A DNA stretch of 64,000 nt, from NCBI RefSeq assembly GCF_009914755.1, contig NC_060930.1; one strand, given 5' to 3'. This stretch comes from the human T2T-CHM13v2.0 reference genome, Homo sapiens. Positions 41,263-56,165 of the stretch are shown one piece after another. The position numbers were made by a program, and so were the translations under genes. Each line of letters begins with the position of its first letter. Position 1 is the first letter of the stretch. The notes under the pieces were generated by a model. It saw nothing but the letters and a program-made list of their open reading frames with translations. It did not search any database and was not told the origin of the DNA.

Positions 41263-41554
41263 TTTCTATACCACATCATGTCTGGGCCACAGTTTTAAGC
41301 TTCCCAAGAGCAGGAACTGTTTCTTTCATGTTTCTTTCACTTCTCTTAGCCTTACTTACTCCATCTGGCAAAGAGCTCACCACATTATAAATAAATGACG
41401 AATCAATTCTTGTTAAACCTGAAACTCTCTGTCACTGACCAGATCTATGACCTAATCTTGGCTAGAATATATAACTGAAGCCATGGCCACAGTTAATACT
41501 TAATAAAGAATCTTCAAGGAATAAGAAAGTTTTACACAGATAAATTGAGAATAT

Positions 41555-41848
41555 TTTTCTTTTTTCTGGACAGGACCTCTCTCTGTCGCCCAGGCTGGAG
41601 TGTAGTGGCACGACCTTGGCTCACTGTGACCTCCACCTCCTGGGCCCAAGTGATTCTCTGGCTTCAGCCTCCCGAGGAGCTGGGACTACAAGCTCATACC
41701 ATCACGGCCAGCTAATTTCTGTACTTTTTGTACAGATGGGGTTTCGCCATGTTGCCCAGGCTTGTTTTGAACTCTTGGGCTCAAGCGATCTGCCTGCCTC
41801 GGCCTCCCAAAGTGCTGAGATTATAGTCATGAGCTGCTGTGCCCAGTC
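41555..41848 (-). mobile_element. AluJ
   Basis: Diverged reverse Alu. Confidence 0.88.
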
Positions 41849-41891
41849 ATTGAAAATATTTTATCTTGTCAGTTAAATAAGGAAAAAAGTA

Positions 41892-42190
<299 letters not shown>

Positions 42191-43610
42191 AGGAAAAAAT
42201 TAGTGAATACTTATAAAATGATTACTTTAAAATTTACATTCTATCTGAAAAGATGAAGTTTATTGTACCATAAAGTTAAAATTCTATGTTAAAAGGGCAA
42301 AAAATTTTCCCATAATATTTCAAGATTTAAATATTCCAAGGACTCTTGGTGTGAAATACTAAAATAGAGTAAGTTTATCCTGGGAAACTCTAATTGTTGA
42401 ATGTTTATTTCAGAAAGCTGTAACATTTGTTCATTTAGCTTGGAAAACTGTTTGTCTTAGGTCTTTGGATTTACCCATCAACCTTGTTGAGAATTATTTC
42501 ATCCTGGCATCATTCAGCTTCTGCAATTAACTCAGCCTATAAAAAAGGTCTGTCGCATATTTTCCTAAAATTAAGAGTGAATATTAAGGTATACTTCTTC
42601 TTTATAAAAATGTATTTGACAAATAGAATAAAGTGACTTTTATAAGAATGCGGAAACTCAGCCTGTGATGATAGTATGGCATTGCCTAAAATTTCCTGTT
42701 GACTTTCTGATTCTCCAATGGTTCTGTGATGAAAACAAGCTTCCTGGAAGAATGGTTAATCTTATTTTATGTGATTCTAACTATGGACACATTATGTGGT
42801 CCACTGGGAATATTTACGAGGAGAAAGGCTGCATAATATTTACAAGTTCTGCCTTAGCGCACATTCTTTTTCCTGAAAAGTAATGCAGCAACGTTTATAT
42901 CCTCCAGAGGGTTCACTACCTCCAGGATCCTCTTTGCCATGCCAGTCTACTATCCTCCCATAAATATAAACAGGATTTCCTGGATGGTAGCTGCCTTTTG
43001 GATGGGTGAGGTCAGTAACAAATTCATATCATATCCACTTCATTACTGGCTTTGTTGAATCCCAGGATCTGATCCCACAAAATATCAATGCCTGCCTGAG
43101 GGTCATGTCTGCCCCTGTGCTCTTTTCAGTCACAACTGAAGAACAAGTGTGTGCCTAGAAAGCACATGGTGATTCACGGATGTTATCACTCCCCATTGAA
43201 ACCAAGGCAGTTCTGCTCAGATTTTACAAGGAGCCAAGCCAAAGCATCAAGAACTAAGAGGAAAGGCTCTTGTGACCTTAGCAAGTTTCAGTCTATAGCA
43301 TTCCTGCAGCTGTTAATGTGAGCACCCAGCCTCTAAGGACCTCTTTCCTTTACCTTTTATGTTCTCCAACAGCTTCTAAAAAGAGTTTCAGAATCACCCT
43401 CAGCCTGAGCGTCACCTCTGTAGAAACTGATATGGATGGGGAACCTCGAATAGAGAAGGAAATGCCTTCTCCTTGAAAATACTCAATTATTTGAAACAGG
43501 CTCAAAAACACCACTGTAATTTAGCAGGCTGTTGGCTTACTCTCGGAAATCATCTACTCCAGTGATCCCCAAACTTAACTGAGGATTACATACACCTAGG
43601 GAATACACAA

Positions 43611-43612
<2 letters not shown>

Positions 43613-43659
<47 letters not shown>

Positions 43660-43669
43660 GAGAGAGAGA
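43613..43669. repeat. (CA)n followed by (GA)n microsatellite
   Basis: Direct reading. Confidence 0.95.
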
Positions 43670-43912
43670 TTTTGGAGCTCAGCCCATGTGAACCAAAGTA
43701 AATGGGACCACTTTGTAAACTTTAAAGTACTATTAAAAATATGAGTTATTATTGTTAAATGTGTCTTTAGAACTTTGATATACAATTCCTAAAGTAAATT
43801 CTAAAATAAAATCAAGTTCAAAGGCAAAATGATTAATAATAAATCAAAGAATTATGTAAGCCTTTGTTTAATTTTATTCAACATAATAAATGTCTTAAAA
43901 ATTCACATTCAG

Positions 43913-44212
<300 letters not shown>

Positions 44213-44496
44213 TCACATTCAGGAAGAATGCATTGTGACCCATTGTCATTGACACTCATGTATTTTGATATTAAGCGTTGCTCCGCTCATCTGTTTGTTC
44301 CTTGATTTAATGATTTACCTGTAATTTTACTATTTATTGAATGCCTGTTTTCTAGGCACTGCACTAGGAGCTGGAGACACAGGGTGAATAAAAGGAGCAA
44401 AGCCCTGTCTTTGAGGATCTTTCATCATTATACTGGAGGCAAAAGATAAGTTTACATTTTAATTTAATAAAGGAAGGCAAGAGTGATGGGGACAAC

Positions 44497-44527
<31 letters not shown>

Positions 44528-46338
44528 GTAGAATGGTTACAAAAGACCTTTCTCAAGCAGTAAACTTTGAGCAGAGACTCAGATGAAGTAAGGGATGAAC
44601 CAGGAAGCTCTCTGGATAATGTCACTCTAGGAAGAGTAAACAGGTGTTAAAACCCTGAGATAGCAACCCTCTTGGCTTGCTTGAGGAATAGCAAGAAGAT
44701 GCCCTCAATCCCCCAGTACGCACTTGAAATTGGGTCATTTCTTCTCCTCTGAAGCCTGGAACAGTATCATGGTCCTATAGGCAAACAGAACATAGAGGCT
44801 GTGGCTGAGACTTTTTCCCCTGTAATGCACCGAGGTGACAGGATCAGCACCTAAGGAGCAGCTTAGATGCTCAGCGATCAGCGTGACCCACATAGCGGTG
44901 GGGTCAGAGGCTCTCTCACCTCATTCCCTCAGAAGGCCCAGAGTTTAGGCTTAGAAATGCCAAACCCACCTGTCCCGCTCAACCTGAGGACTTCAGAGCC
45001 TGTAAAGTAACATTCCTTGTCCTTCTCCAGACTACCAGGGACCAGGAGGCATGAGGACAGTTCCTCAACTTCTGTGTGTGTGTTTTGGATGCACTCTCAT
45101 CCTCTTCTGCTCCTCAGGATGTCTGAATCCTGATAGTTTAATGTGTTTTCTTTGCCCCTGGCATTGTTTATCTAGATTTTTCTGGCTCGCTGATGCCCTA
45201 TGTGGAAGGTAGCCAATTCCAGGTGTCATCAGTGTCACAGACAGAGGCCTATCAGCAGGCCCAGGAGGCACAAGACAACCAGGATTTCCCCTCTCCTTTC
45301 CCATAAATCACTGCCAGCCACACAGCACTTATCTTACAGGGACATTTCTGGAAAGTTGGCCACAAACTGCAACCAAGATATTTAGGTCTTAATCACAGCT
45401 GTTTAAGCAAACAATTCTACTTTTGCCTGGAAACACTAATGGGAACTATGGTTTGTCAGAGCCAGAGCTTAAGTAGATGGGTAAATTAACTTCTTCCCTG
45501 CTAACTTCACCCAGGAGAAAAGAGATTGGTTGGTTTGGCTTCCTCTTGACTAAAGAGGCCAATGCAATTTTACCATTGATGGTTTGGCTCTCCTGTTTCT
45601 CCCTGTTGGTCTTAGCAAGTAAATATCAAAAGATACCTACCATTTGGCTTGTTTCTTGACATATTCTAGAAGGTGGCAATTTGGCAGCATTGTCTGTCTA
45701 CTACTGTGTGATTGCTCTGCAGATGCAGTGAAGGGATCTCATTCTCTCTTCAGGTTTCAGAAAGATTTGTTCACAAAGAAGAAAATCATCAGAACCCAAG
45801 GCTATGGGCTACCTGGCAGGTGTAGATGGAGGAGAAAGTGGGCAGCACTGTGTCATCAAACACCAGACTGTGAAGTCTAGGGAAGAGAATTCATTCCACT
45901 AGATAGCCATATACCCAAATCATCAAAGTTAGCCCCATCTTACCTAGTAAGATGAAGGCAGATATACCAGTCTTCCTTACACTACAAAGCTGTTCCAAGA
46001 GCCATGAAATGAGACTTCATGAGCCAACCAGGAACACATGTTGAAAACTATAACTCATAGCTATAAGCATGGACTTTGGAGCCAGAGAGAATGGGGAAGG
46101 AATGTCTTCTGACCTGGGCAGGTCATTTAACTCTGTGAGCCATACTTTGCTTATCTGTAAATGAAAGGTAGTATTTTCTCTGCAGGATTATTGTTAAAGA
46201 GCTGGAATCCTACATGAAAACCCCTAACAAAGTGTCTGGCATATAGTTGCCAGTAAAATAGTAATTCTGATTATCATAAATATAATGATTATATTTTATG
46301 CAGATGTGTGCTGATAGGTCAAGAAATGCTAACATTAA

Positions 46339-46699
<361 letters not shown>

Positions 46700-48184
46700 T
46701 TAATCAGAAAAATTTTAAAAAAGCAAAACACTCCCAACATTAAATGTCAAGCTTAAAACCAACTCCACACACCAGCCTGAAAGCACCAGGTCTTCTATCT
46801 CACTCCACCACCATCACTGCCGGCTCAGAGCACTCAGGGCTACATGTCATCATCAGAAAGGCTGCAATCATGAAAACCCAAAAGTCTGTTCCTCAACCTG
46901 GGAAGTGCACGGCATTTCCTAGACCCAGATCTAAAAGGGCCAGCACACCCAGGTTGCTAGGCCTGCAGAAAGGGCAGGATTTCCGTGCTAGCAGCCAGAG
47001 ACCCAATCTGGGAGGAACCTTACTCTGACTAAATAGATGTGAAAATGTGAGCGCATCCAGTGCAGGGTTTGGACATCCTGAATGCCCCTCTCTTGCTGTT
47101 TTGCCTCTCCTCAGTTATTCCTTTAAAGCCGGAGAATAATCAACTGGGGCTCTTCAGCACCAGGCTCCAAGACACGCCCCTTCTGTCAGAAAGCTGGAGT
47201 GGAGAACTTGGCCAGTTGATATTTGTGTTACTTCTAACCAATAAGAAACATCCACTTTCATTCCCCCATGAAGAGTCCCCATAAGACTAAATTTGGAGTT
47301 TGTCTGCAAACCTCCAAAACAAGCTTCTCCTTCCAACTCTGGTCTCTACCTGTGACCTCCCCAAAGCACCATCTCCTAGGTTTGTGCACTCCTGAAGAGT
47401 CACAGGGATTATTGCTGTCCTTCATCCCCAAGTCACATCTGTCCAAGACCTTTTGCTGTGTTTTTCAAAATGTCTTTGGCGAGCATTTCCTCTGCTTCTT
47501 TCCTATCTTACTCCATGGCAGAGTCGCATGTCTAGACTGCCGAGCCTCCTGGCTGGTCTCCCAGGCACTAATTTCTTCGTGTAATTTATTTAGCCATAAC
47601 CATGGGGATACTTTTCACTTAAGTGAGTTCATCAGTCACCTCTCTGTGGCAGCCGCTCAGCTGATCCAGAATCTACTTCCTGATGGAATCGTGACATGAC
47701 TCGGGATCTTTCCCCCATTCTTATTTCTCTCTGCTCCCTTACAGCCACTCATTGTCCTAACAGGCAGCTCCATGCTTTTTCTCGCCTCTAGGTTTCATGC
47801 AGGCTTCTTTTTCCTGAGAGAATTTTGAAAGAGTTTTCCTAAAATGCTAACTCCTATATCACAGCATCTGTGCCCCTGCCTTCAAGTGGTACAGAATACC
47901 TTCTCTGGACTGGAGGTAGATCAGGCCCTTTCAAACGCAACACTATTTTATAAATAAATCGATTTTCTTTGTTTAAATTTCTTTAAAAAACTATTAAAAG
48001 AAAAATAAACACCAGATAATCCAATTAACATTTTAAAAGTAATATTAACATAACCTTATTTAATCTTCCTAACAACCCTATAAAGTAATATGTGTGAGAT
48101 ATATGTGTGTGTGTGTGTGTAAATGTGACATACATATGTGATACATATATATGTGATACATATATATATATATGTAATATAATA

Positions 48185-48522
48185 CAGTCAGCCCTCTGTA
48201 TCTGTGGGGTTCTGCATCCATGGATTCAACCAATCTCAGATGGAAAATATTTTTAAAAATTTTGTCTATACCGAACATGTACAGCCTTTTTTTCATGTCA
48301 CTATGACTTAAAAAGTACAGTACAACAACTATTTACATAGCATTTACATTGTACTAGGTATTATAAATAATCTAGAGATAATCTAAAACATATTCAAGGA
48401 TGTACATAGGTTATATGCAAATTGACACAATTTAATATCAGGGACTTCAGCATATGCACATTTTGGTATCTGAGGGGTTCCTGGAACCAATCCCCCATGG
48501 ATACCAAGGGAAGGACAACAGT
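48185..48522. mobile_element. MER2 (Tigger-family) DNA transposon
   Basis: CAGTCAGCCCTCTGTATCTGTGGGGTTCTGCATCCATGGATTCAACCAA...GGAACCAATCCCCCATGGATACCAAGGGA; TA flanks. Confidence 0.85.
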
Positions 48523-48582
48523 ATACACACACACACACACACTCATATACATGTATACACATATACACAGACATATGCATGC

Positions 48583-48629
<47 letters not shown>

Positions 48630-48881
48630 AATTCAAGGGGCCAGTTAGGTTATGTAACTGACCAGTCACATGGGTAGAAATTCATGGTGTGCTGAGAATA
48701 AATATAAGTATTGATCCTATCTTTAAAGATGATTCTATTCCAAATGCTAAAGATTTTGTCCAGTGACTCAAAAAAAAAAGAAAAAAACTCCTGACCTAAT
48801 TGTTTTTCTCCTAGAACCTTTGTATCCTTCTGGCATCCAGGCTTCAGAAAGGGAGAGGTATGTGTATGTAAAAGGGAATAG

Positions 48882-49290
<409 letters not shown>

Positions 49291-51475
49291 ATGTTCTTAA
49301 TTGCAACTTACATTCTGGATATCTGGGGCCTAGTACCTAGGTTTTTCTATGGCCATTTCTTACTTCAGCGATTTTGTAAAAGTACCAAGGCCAATCCATC
49401 TTCTGCAGATGATGGGTTGATTCATTAACACTTCCCAAATGACTCTAGAGGCCCAAGAACACAGAGGACCATGTATAATAAATGGAAAACATCTTTTCAT
49501 GTTGATTTAACATTGTCATGATTGTTTTTAATGAAAGCACACCTGGAAAAACTTTGGAATGTCAAATCCTTAGATGTAGAAATGGTTTCCTCCCCAAGGG
49601 CTACCCCCTCACGTTGTCACCACGGGTCATAAACAGCCTGGCTCAGAAGTGCAGGAAGACATTCCTTTTACAGCTGTAGTCACCCACTGCTCCTGAGGAA
49701 GCCAGCAGCCTGAGCCTTAGAAGAATTTGGCAGAAACCTGGAGCTGGAACTCACTGGCCAGTAGTTTGATTTTAAAAAGCCAAAGTCTTTCAAAATACCA
49801 AATGAGCACATCTCTGTCTTTGTTCCTGTCATAGAGTGCAGAAAAGTTTAAAGGGTTGTCGGGATGGGGTAGAGGTAATGATACCTGTTTTAGAGCACAG
49901 AACGTATATACTGTGCCATAGGCCACTTCAGGGAAGGAGGGAGAAAGGGAGCATGGGATCCCACAGGGCTAAGAAAACAAAGGCTGAAACGGAAAAGAAA
50001 AGAAAGGGAAGAGAAAGGGAGAGAGGGAAAACCAACAGTGGTATGATCTTCCAAATAGTATTTTAAGAGCTTAATAGAATGTGGTCAAATTCTCATTTCA
50101 AGCGCTGGACAACAGTTGAGTCTGGCCACTGCACCGTGAAAGGCTTGAACAGATGCCTCCACTCTGATCTTAGGGTAAGCCTGCCCTCTTTGGCAGCCTA
50201 CTGTCTCTTTTAGACTCACTAGATCAAGTCACACATGGCTGAAAAAATGATTCCATCCTAATGTGATAGGGTAAAAAATTTTTCCTTCTAGATAGTTGGT
50301 ACAGACACTCAGCCAGCAGACGTTTTCCGATAGGAATTCAGAAAGGTGCTGTAATGTGAACGTGCAAGTGCTTCATCTATTCGCTCACTGGTTGAGAAAG
50401 AAACTGAGCTTGATGCCAGGCTACAGAGATGAGGAGAACGCAGGTGAGCTCTCCTCTACTGGGGGTGGTAAAGAGGAGGTAAAATAATTACAGTGCTTTG
50501 GGACAAATGTTGTGAATGGAAATGTATCAAGGGGAATGGGAACCCAGGAAAAGCAGTCTCTGATGATCTGGGGAATGGATGGAGGGCCTAACAGGGCAAG
50601 AGTTCATAAGACTTGAGGCTTCAGTGGGGGTCTCCCAGATAAACAAAGGGGGATGATGGGCAGGGTGTTGATGACGTGAAAGGGAACAGAAGGAGATCAG
50701 GTGGGAAAGGCACAGAAGGCCTGGTGAGTCACAAGCAGAGGATTGGCTTTTAGTTCCAAGGCCAAGGGAGCCCATGAAGAGTTCTATGGGGGCAAATGAC
50801 AGGATCCGATTTGTGCTTTTGAAGGGCTTCTATGCTGGGAGTGGGAGCACCAGGTCCTGGGAATACCCAGCCTGCGGCCCTGACCTGACACCTGCGCAGG
50901 GTCCACTCAGGATGGGATTTGAGGGTCGGTGTTTCAGAATTTGCAGCTCTTCACCTACCCCTAACCCTCCAAAGGGCTGAGTCTTGTATTTTCCAGATCA
51001 CTGCTTTAGAAGTGAGTGGGAAAATTGGAGTGGGAAACAGAGGAGGAGGACTTGAGCCTCGTGGTTAGATTGCTTCACAGGATAAAGTCCTAAGTAAAAG
51101 AAGTTTTTTTTTTTGTTTGTTTTGTTTTTTTTTTTAAAGCAAAAAGAAAGGCTTCTGGATGGTGGGCAGAGAAGTAGACCATTTGGTGGTGCGGGAGGGC
51201 AGCTGAGGAGGGAGCCACAGAAAAATCCTAGGAATGTGAGGAGCAGTGATGGCAATGGGGAGGGAAGGAGGGTTCTTACGTGTTGTTATGATCCAGTTAC
51301 TGTCATTTGGTAGAGAATGGAGTTTCCTAGTAATTATTTTTGGAAATCACACTGCACTATATGACCCTGATGTGATTGGAGGCTGAATTATGTAGACTAC
51401 AATGTTTTAAAAAGTTGCAACACATATCATTTGAGTCAACTTATAAAAGGGATTGCCAAGCAAGAGTTTACATAC

Positions 51476-51530
51476 CGGCTCGTTTTTGCCTCAGTGCCTC
51501 TTCACCAGCTGGTTCATGTTCATGAAGACT
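51476..51530 (-). CDS. ADGRF5: ADGRF5 exon 3 (55 nt), furin site RQKR (aa 48-51)
   Basis: SLHEHEPAGEEALRQKRA; ttcttttcag| acceptor, G|gtatg donor. Confidence 0.95.
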
Positions 51531-52069
51531 CTGAAAAGAACATTTGAGAAAGTTGTCAATTAACGTTAGAGAAGTCTTTTCACTGTGGCTCCCCGCTTAG
51601 ATACCCCTAATGTTGGAGCTGAGCTTAAGGCTGCAGACTTTGGGTTAGCACCATGTGTCCCGTGGATGCTGGGCACATAGCAATGAAATGGTTTGGAAGA
51701 CAAAGTGGAGCTGTTACTGTAGTGTGACCTAGGAATTCATTTTTTTTTAGACCAGCCTCTAGACCAGGAACAGAAGAAATCATCATATCTGACTTTCTCA
51801 GAGTTCCTGCAGTTTGAATCCCGTCAAAAATATAAATTATTATAATGTTCTAAACTTGTACTCTCTGCCTGACTTGAACTGAGTCATCCCAGTGACCTTC
51901 GAGACAAGTCTCACGACCTCCTTCTCAACACTCACCCTGTCCTAACCCCAATCTTCCTGCTGTATTAGGGCTCTTTAACCATTGTGTGTGCTTAGAAATT
52001 ATTTTTTCTACATCTGATCCTTTTTCTCCTGGATGGTTCTATTGCTGGTTTCTGTAGTAGGAACTAAGA

Positions 52070-52510
52070 AAGCCTGCTCTAGAGTCAGACTGCCTGGGTA
52101 CAAGACTGTGCCACTTACTCTGTGGCTTTGTGACCTTGGGGAAGTTACTTATCCTCGCTGAGCTTCAGGGTTTTTTTCCTGTAAAATGAGAATAATAACA
52201 ATATCAACTTCATAGGTTTGTTATGAGAACTAAGCAAACTACAGTATGGCATATAGTAAGTTCTTAATACATTTTAGCTATTATTATACAGTGTGGTGAC
52301 TAAAAGTAAGGACTCTGCAGACATTGAGTTCAAATCCTAGCTCCATCATAAAATGTCTGTATGACCTTGGGCAAATCACTTAATCTTTCTGTGCCTCAGT
52401 TCTTACCTATAGAATGGGGATGAATATAGCTTATCTCAGAACTTTGATGCGAGGACAAAATGATTAATAAATGTAAGGCCGTGAAAGTAATTTTGGTTAC
52501 ATGGTAAATG
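52070..52510 (+). mobile_element. Two tandem MIR copies
   Basis: Two gaccttggg(g/c)aa...ctcagt/cttcag...aatgag/aatggg cores. Confidence 0.7.
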
Positions 52511-55204
52511 CTATTCAGGGAGGGGGCATCAAGATGCTCTGGGGGCATCATGCTGCACCTGCCACCTGGTGCATTTCTGTGAAGTTCATCTCCTTCATCC
52601 TGTAGCTTTTTTGTTAAAGAATAGGCATTGATCAGTTTCACTCATGGGATCACCACCAGCTCTGCAGCTGGTAACAGAGCCTACCCCATACCTTGACCTG
52701 ACAAGGATTTCCTAGCTGATCCCTGCCTGCCTACAGGTTTTCCTGTGATGTATTTTCCACTCCAAACTCCTTTCACACTCAATAGAAAAGCCCCATCTCT
52801 CTGAAGTCTCCCAGATAACCCCTGCCCACAGAGATCTGTGCTTTACCCTGAACTCCACGCATCCATGACCGCCACCTGGGGCAGAGCTCATTCTGCCGTC
52901 AGGGTTGTCTACCACTATTTTCTAGTTATCTCACATCATCACAATGACAAACATAATACTTCCTAAGATGTATTTAACACCCTGTGCCAAGACAAGGGTA
53001 GATGCTGTTATTATCCACATTTCACTAATAAGAAAGCACAGGCAGAGAGAGGTCCAGTAACTTGCCCAGGATCACACAGACTTTAAAGGCAGAGCAGGAT
53101 TCAAACCCAGCCAGCTCCAGAGTCTGCACTTGTCCACGCAGGCACTGCATCATCTTATCAGCAGAGTCCTGGGAAACTGGCTTTGTCTCAGGGAGCGGGT
53201 CTCTCTTTACCCAGAGCCGTTTCTCTCGGTGTCTGTATAACCTCTTCCTATTCCCTCCTCCTTTCCAGTGAACAGTTCCCTTGGCTGGTCTCCCTCCTCT
53301 TACTAAGTTACATTTTTAGGAAAAGATCAGATGTCCGCAATTTACCACTCCATGTAAGGTTTACCTGTTCCCCTCGCTGATGCCCTTAGGAGGTACTGGT
53401 TGAGGAATGTATTAAAGTCAATAGGAAATGGGGAGCGACTGTGTACTTGATAGTTCATAAACGTTCTTGAAGAAATAAATAGGGGAATGATGGATGATGA
53501 TTGGAATTTCAAAAGCCCAGTTGCTGCTTTATTTGCAGTGAAGTTATTTTAGATGTACTTGAATATGCAGGAACTGAAGGTGCAAAGTCAATGTATAGGA
53601 CTGGTTCCAGCCCAGCTTCCCTTGGAGAATGCTTTGGCTTTCTGCCCAGGCAAAAGGAAGGTTCTTCGTGCTTTCCTGCCTCCATCCTCTCTGGGGCCTG
53701 GTGGGGAGGAGGGAGTGGCCACTGGGAGCTTTCTCTGTCCACACTTCAAGGCAACAGTTAGGGGACTCAGACAACACAGGAGAACTTGACCGCCAATGGT
53801 CACCTTTGGGCAGTTCTCCCAGGTCGAGTTTTCATTCTCTCTGCTTTCCAATAGGACTAAAGCATTGAGGTCTTGCCTCTTGTCTTGTCAGTTACATGTT
53901 AAAATCAAGATATATTTCAATTATCTAATGCAGCATATTTCAACTCTTTGTAAGAATCAGGATCATTGGTCTCCCCTGCCCCCAGTGTGATTCAGTAGGT
54001 CTGGGGTGAGGTGCAGAAAACTGCCTTTTCAAGCAGCGCATCCATTGACATGAGGCCATCTTTTGGAAACACTACTTTCTGAAGATTTCCGGAATCTTTA
54101 TGGTGATCATCTGGAACTTTCAGGCCACATCTTTGCAAGTGCCGCTTCCACAGCTCTGTCACCTACAGCCTCTTCGTTGTCCAGTGGGAGCAGCCTACTT
54201 ACTATTTTAAGCCCTACAATCATTGGAGATAATGGAGGGAAAAGCACATTGATGGCAATGAAGCCTCTGAGGAGTTGGGATGGAGATGGGTAAATGCTCT
54301 TGGCCATCCCCAGATTCAAGGAGTTACAAAGATCTGGCTGCCAAGTCACGGGACCTGATTTGAATAGAGCAAATGGTCACACCAAGAAGTGAATCCCACA
54401 GTTTCAGATTTTTAGGAGATGTCATTCACTCCCTCGAATCCTCTGTTTCTTACATTATGAAAAATAATAAGTGCTGAGGCATGTCAGGTGCTCAGTGCAG
54501 TCTCTGGTAGTGGTGAGTGTCGTGTATCCTGCCGGCATGGGGCTCACTGGGGACCAGCCTTACCATCCTGAGTCCTCATGTTATCGCAGTTTGGGGAACT
54601 GTGGGACTCCAGCACTTGCCTTTCCTCTTACACTTTGGGTGCTGGGTAGATCTCACAAGGGAGCACAGGTTTGCCAGGGCTCCCAGTGCTCGGCAGTGTA
54701 TTTACTTCAGACAAGAAAACAGAGCTTCCAATTGGACCTCCCCTGCCTGCTCCATCTGTGTAGAGGTCCCCAGGGGACTGTCTGAGCCACAGTGGACAGA
54801 GCTGTCCAGAGGGAATTTCCTGAAGGCAAAGCTTCAGCCGGAAAAGACAAGGTCACCAATTCCAGGAAGTGCCCCACCTGTCGGACATGATGATTTCACA
54901 AATAATTGTAGTGGTGGTGGGGCAGGGTGGCCTGGAGTGGGGGTGGGTAGTCAGTCAGGAATGAGAGGTGGCTTTTTATTCATGAAGAAGAAAATTCCCA
55001 GGGAACAGGATGGCAAACGAGAAGGTAAGCAAAGGCTCCTGCTTTCCCAAATCTTAACCCTACTCACCCGAGCCCTGCCACACATGCCTCTTTTTCTTGA
55101 CCTGAAACTTCCAATTTAACATCTTTGCTTCTGTGTTCGAAAACTGTCTGAGCAAGAATCCTCTAGCAATGTCTCCTCACATAAGCATATTCAGAGGGGT
55201 TTAT

Positions 55205-55256
55205 TTGTATCAAAAGTAATTGCAAAAGCTGCAATTACTTTTGCACCAACCTAATA
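55205..55256. mobile_element. MADE1 fragment
   Basis: caaaagtaattgcaaaagctgcaattacttttgcaccaacctaata. Confidence 0.8.
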
Positions 55257-55499
55257 CTAGAATATTAAAAATAGCTACAAATTCATAAGCACTTGGGCTC
55301 TGTGCTAGTCACTGTGCTGTGGGTTGCATGTAGAACATTGAAGCCTCACAACGAACAGATGAAGGAGATATGATTTATTCTCATGTAGAGGAAACAGACT
55401 CAGGGAAACGAAGAAAGTTGACAGTTTCCAAAGCTAATGAGAGTCAGAGCTGGGCTTCCACTCAGACCTGACATCAAAGTTGAGCATATATAGCCTGTA

Positions 55500-55647
55500 A
55501 CTCTAAGATGGTCACTGGAGCAGGATCCAGGGCAGCATGTCTGAAAACCAGCATCCTGGGACCCACCCAAGCATCCTGAGCTAAAATCTGCATTTGAAGA
55601 AGGTCTCTGGGCAGATCCATGCTCACATGAAAGCTTGAGAAGCACTG
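55500..55647. mobile_element. MER5A-like DNA transposon
   Basis: aaatctgcattt...aaagcttgagaagcactg. Confidence 0.55.
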
Positions 55648-55684
55648 AGCTACATCATCACCCTTTAAAAGCCCTTTACCCCAC

Positions 55685-56165
55685 ATGTGTATATTCACGT
55701 TCATAGGCACATTATTCACAATGGCCAAGAGGTGGAAGCAACTCATGTCCGTGGATGGATGAGTGGACAAACAAAACATAGACATATGTACAATAGGATA
55801 TTATTCGGCCTTAAAAAGAGGGGAAGTGCTGACACAGGCTACAACATAGATAAACCTTGAGGATAATATGCTAAGTGAAATAAGTCAGCCACAAAAAGAC
55901 AAATACTATATGATTCCACCTACAGGAGTTATCTAGAATCACCAAATTAATAGACAGAAATTAGAATAGTAGTAACCAGCAGCTGTCAGTAGAGAAGGAA
56001 ATGAGGAGTTATTGACAAATGGGTATAGAGTTTGAGTTTTGCAAAATGAAAAAATTATGAAAATTTATTGTACAATAATGTGAATATACTTAATACTAAT
56101 AAACTGTATGCCTAAAAATGGTTTCAAGATGTTAAATTTTATGTTAGGCATATTTTTTCACAATT
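55685..56165 (+). mobile_element. L1MB-like LINE-1 3' end
   Basis: cacattattcacaatggccaagaggtggaagcaac...atgctaagtgaaataagtcag...gtatagagtttgagttttgcaaaatgaaaaa. Confidence 0.8.

Noticed and set aside
54517-55119. 200-aa + strand ORF (also the 167-aa ORF at 37478-37981 and the 149-aa ORF at 24772-25221)
   Set aside because: No motifs or coding-like composition; two have non-ATG starts and the 24772 ORF lies in an L2 remnant.
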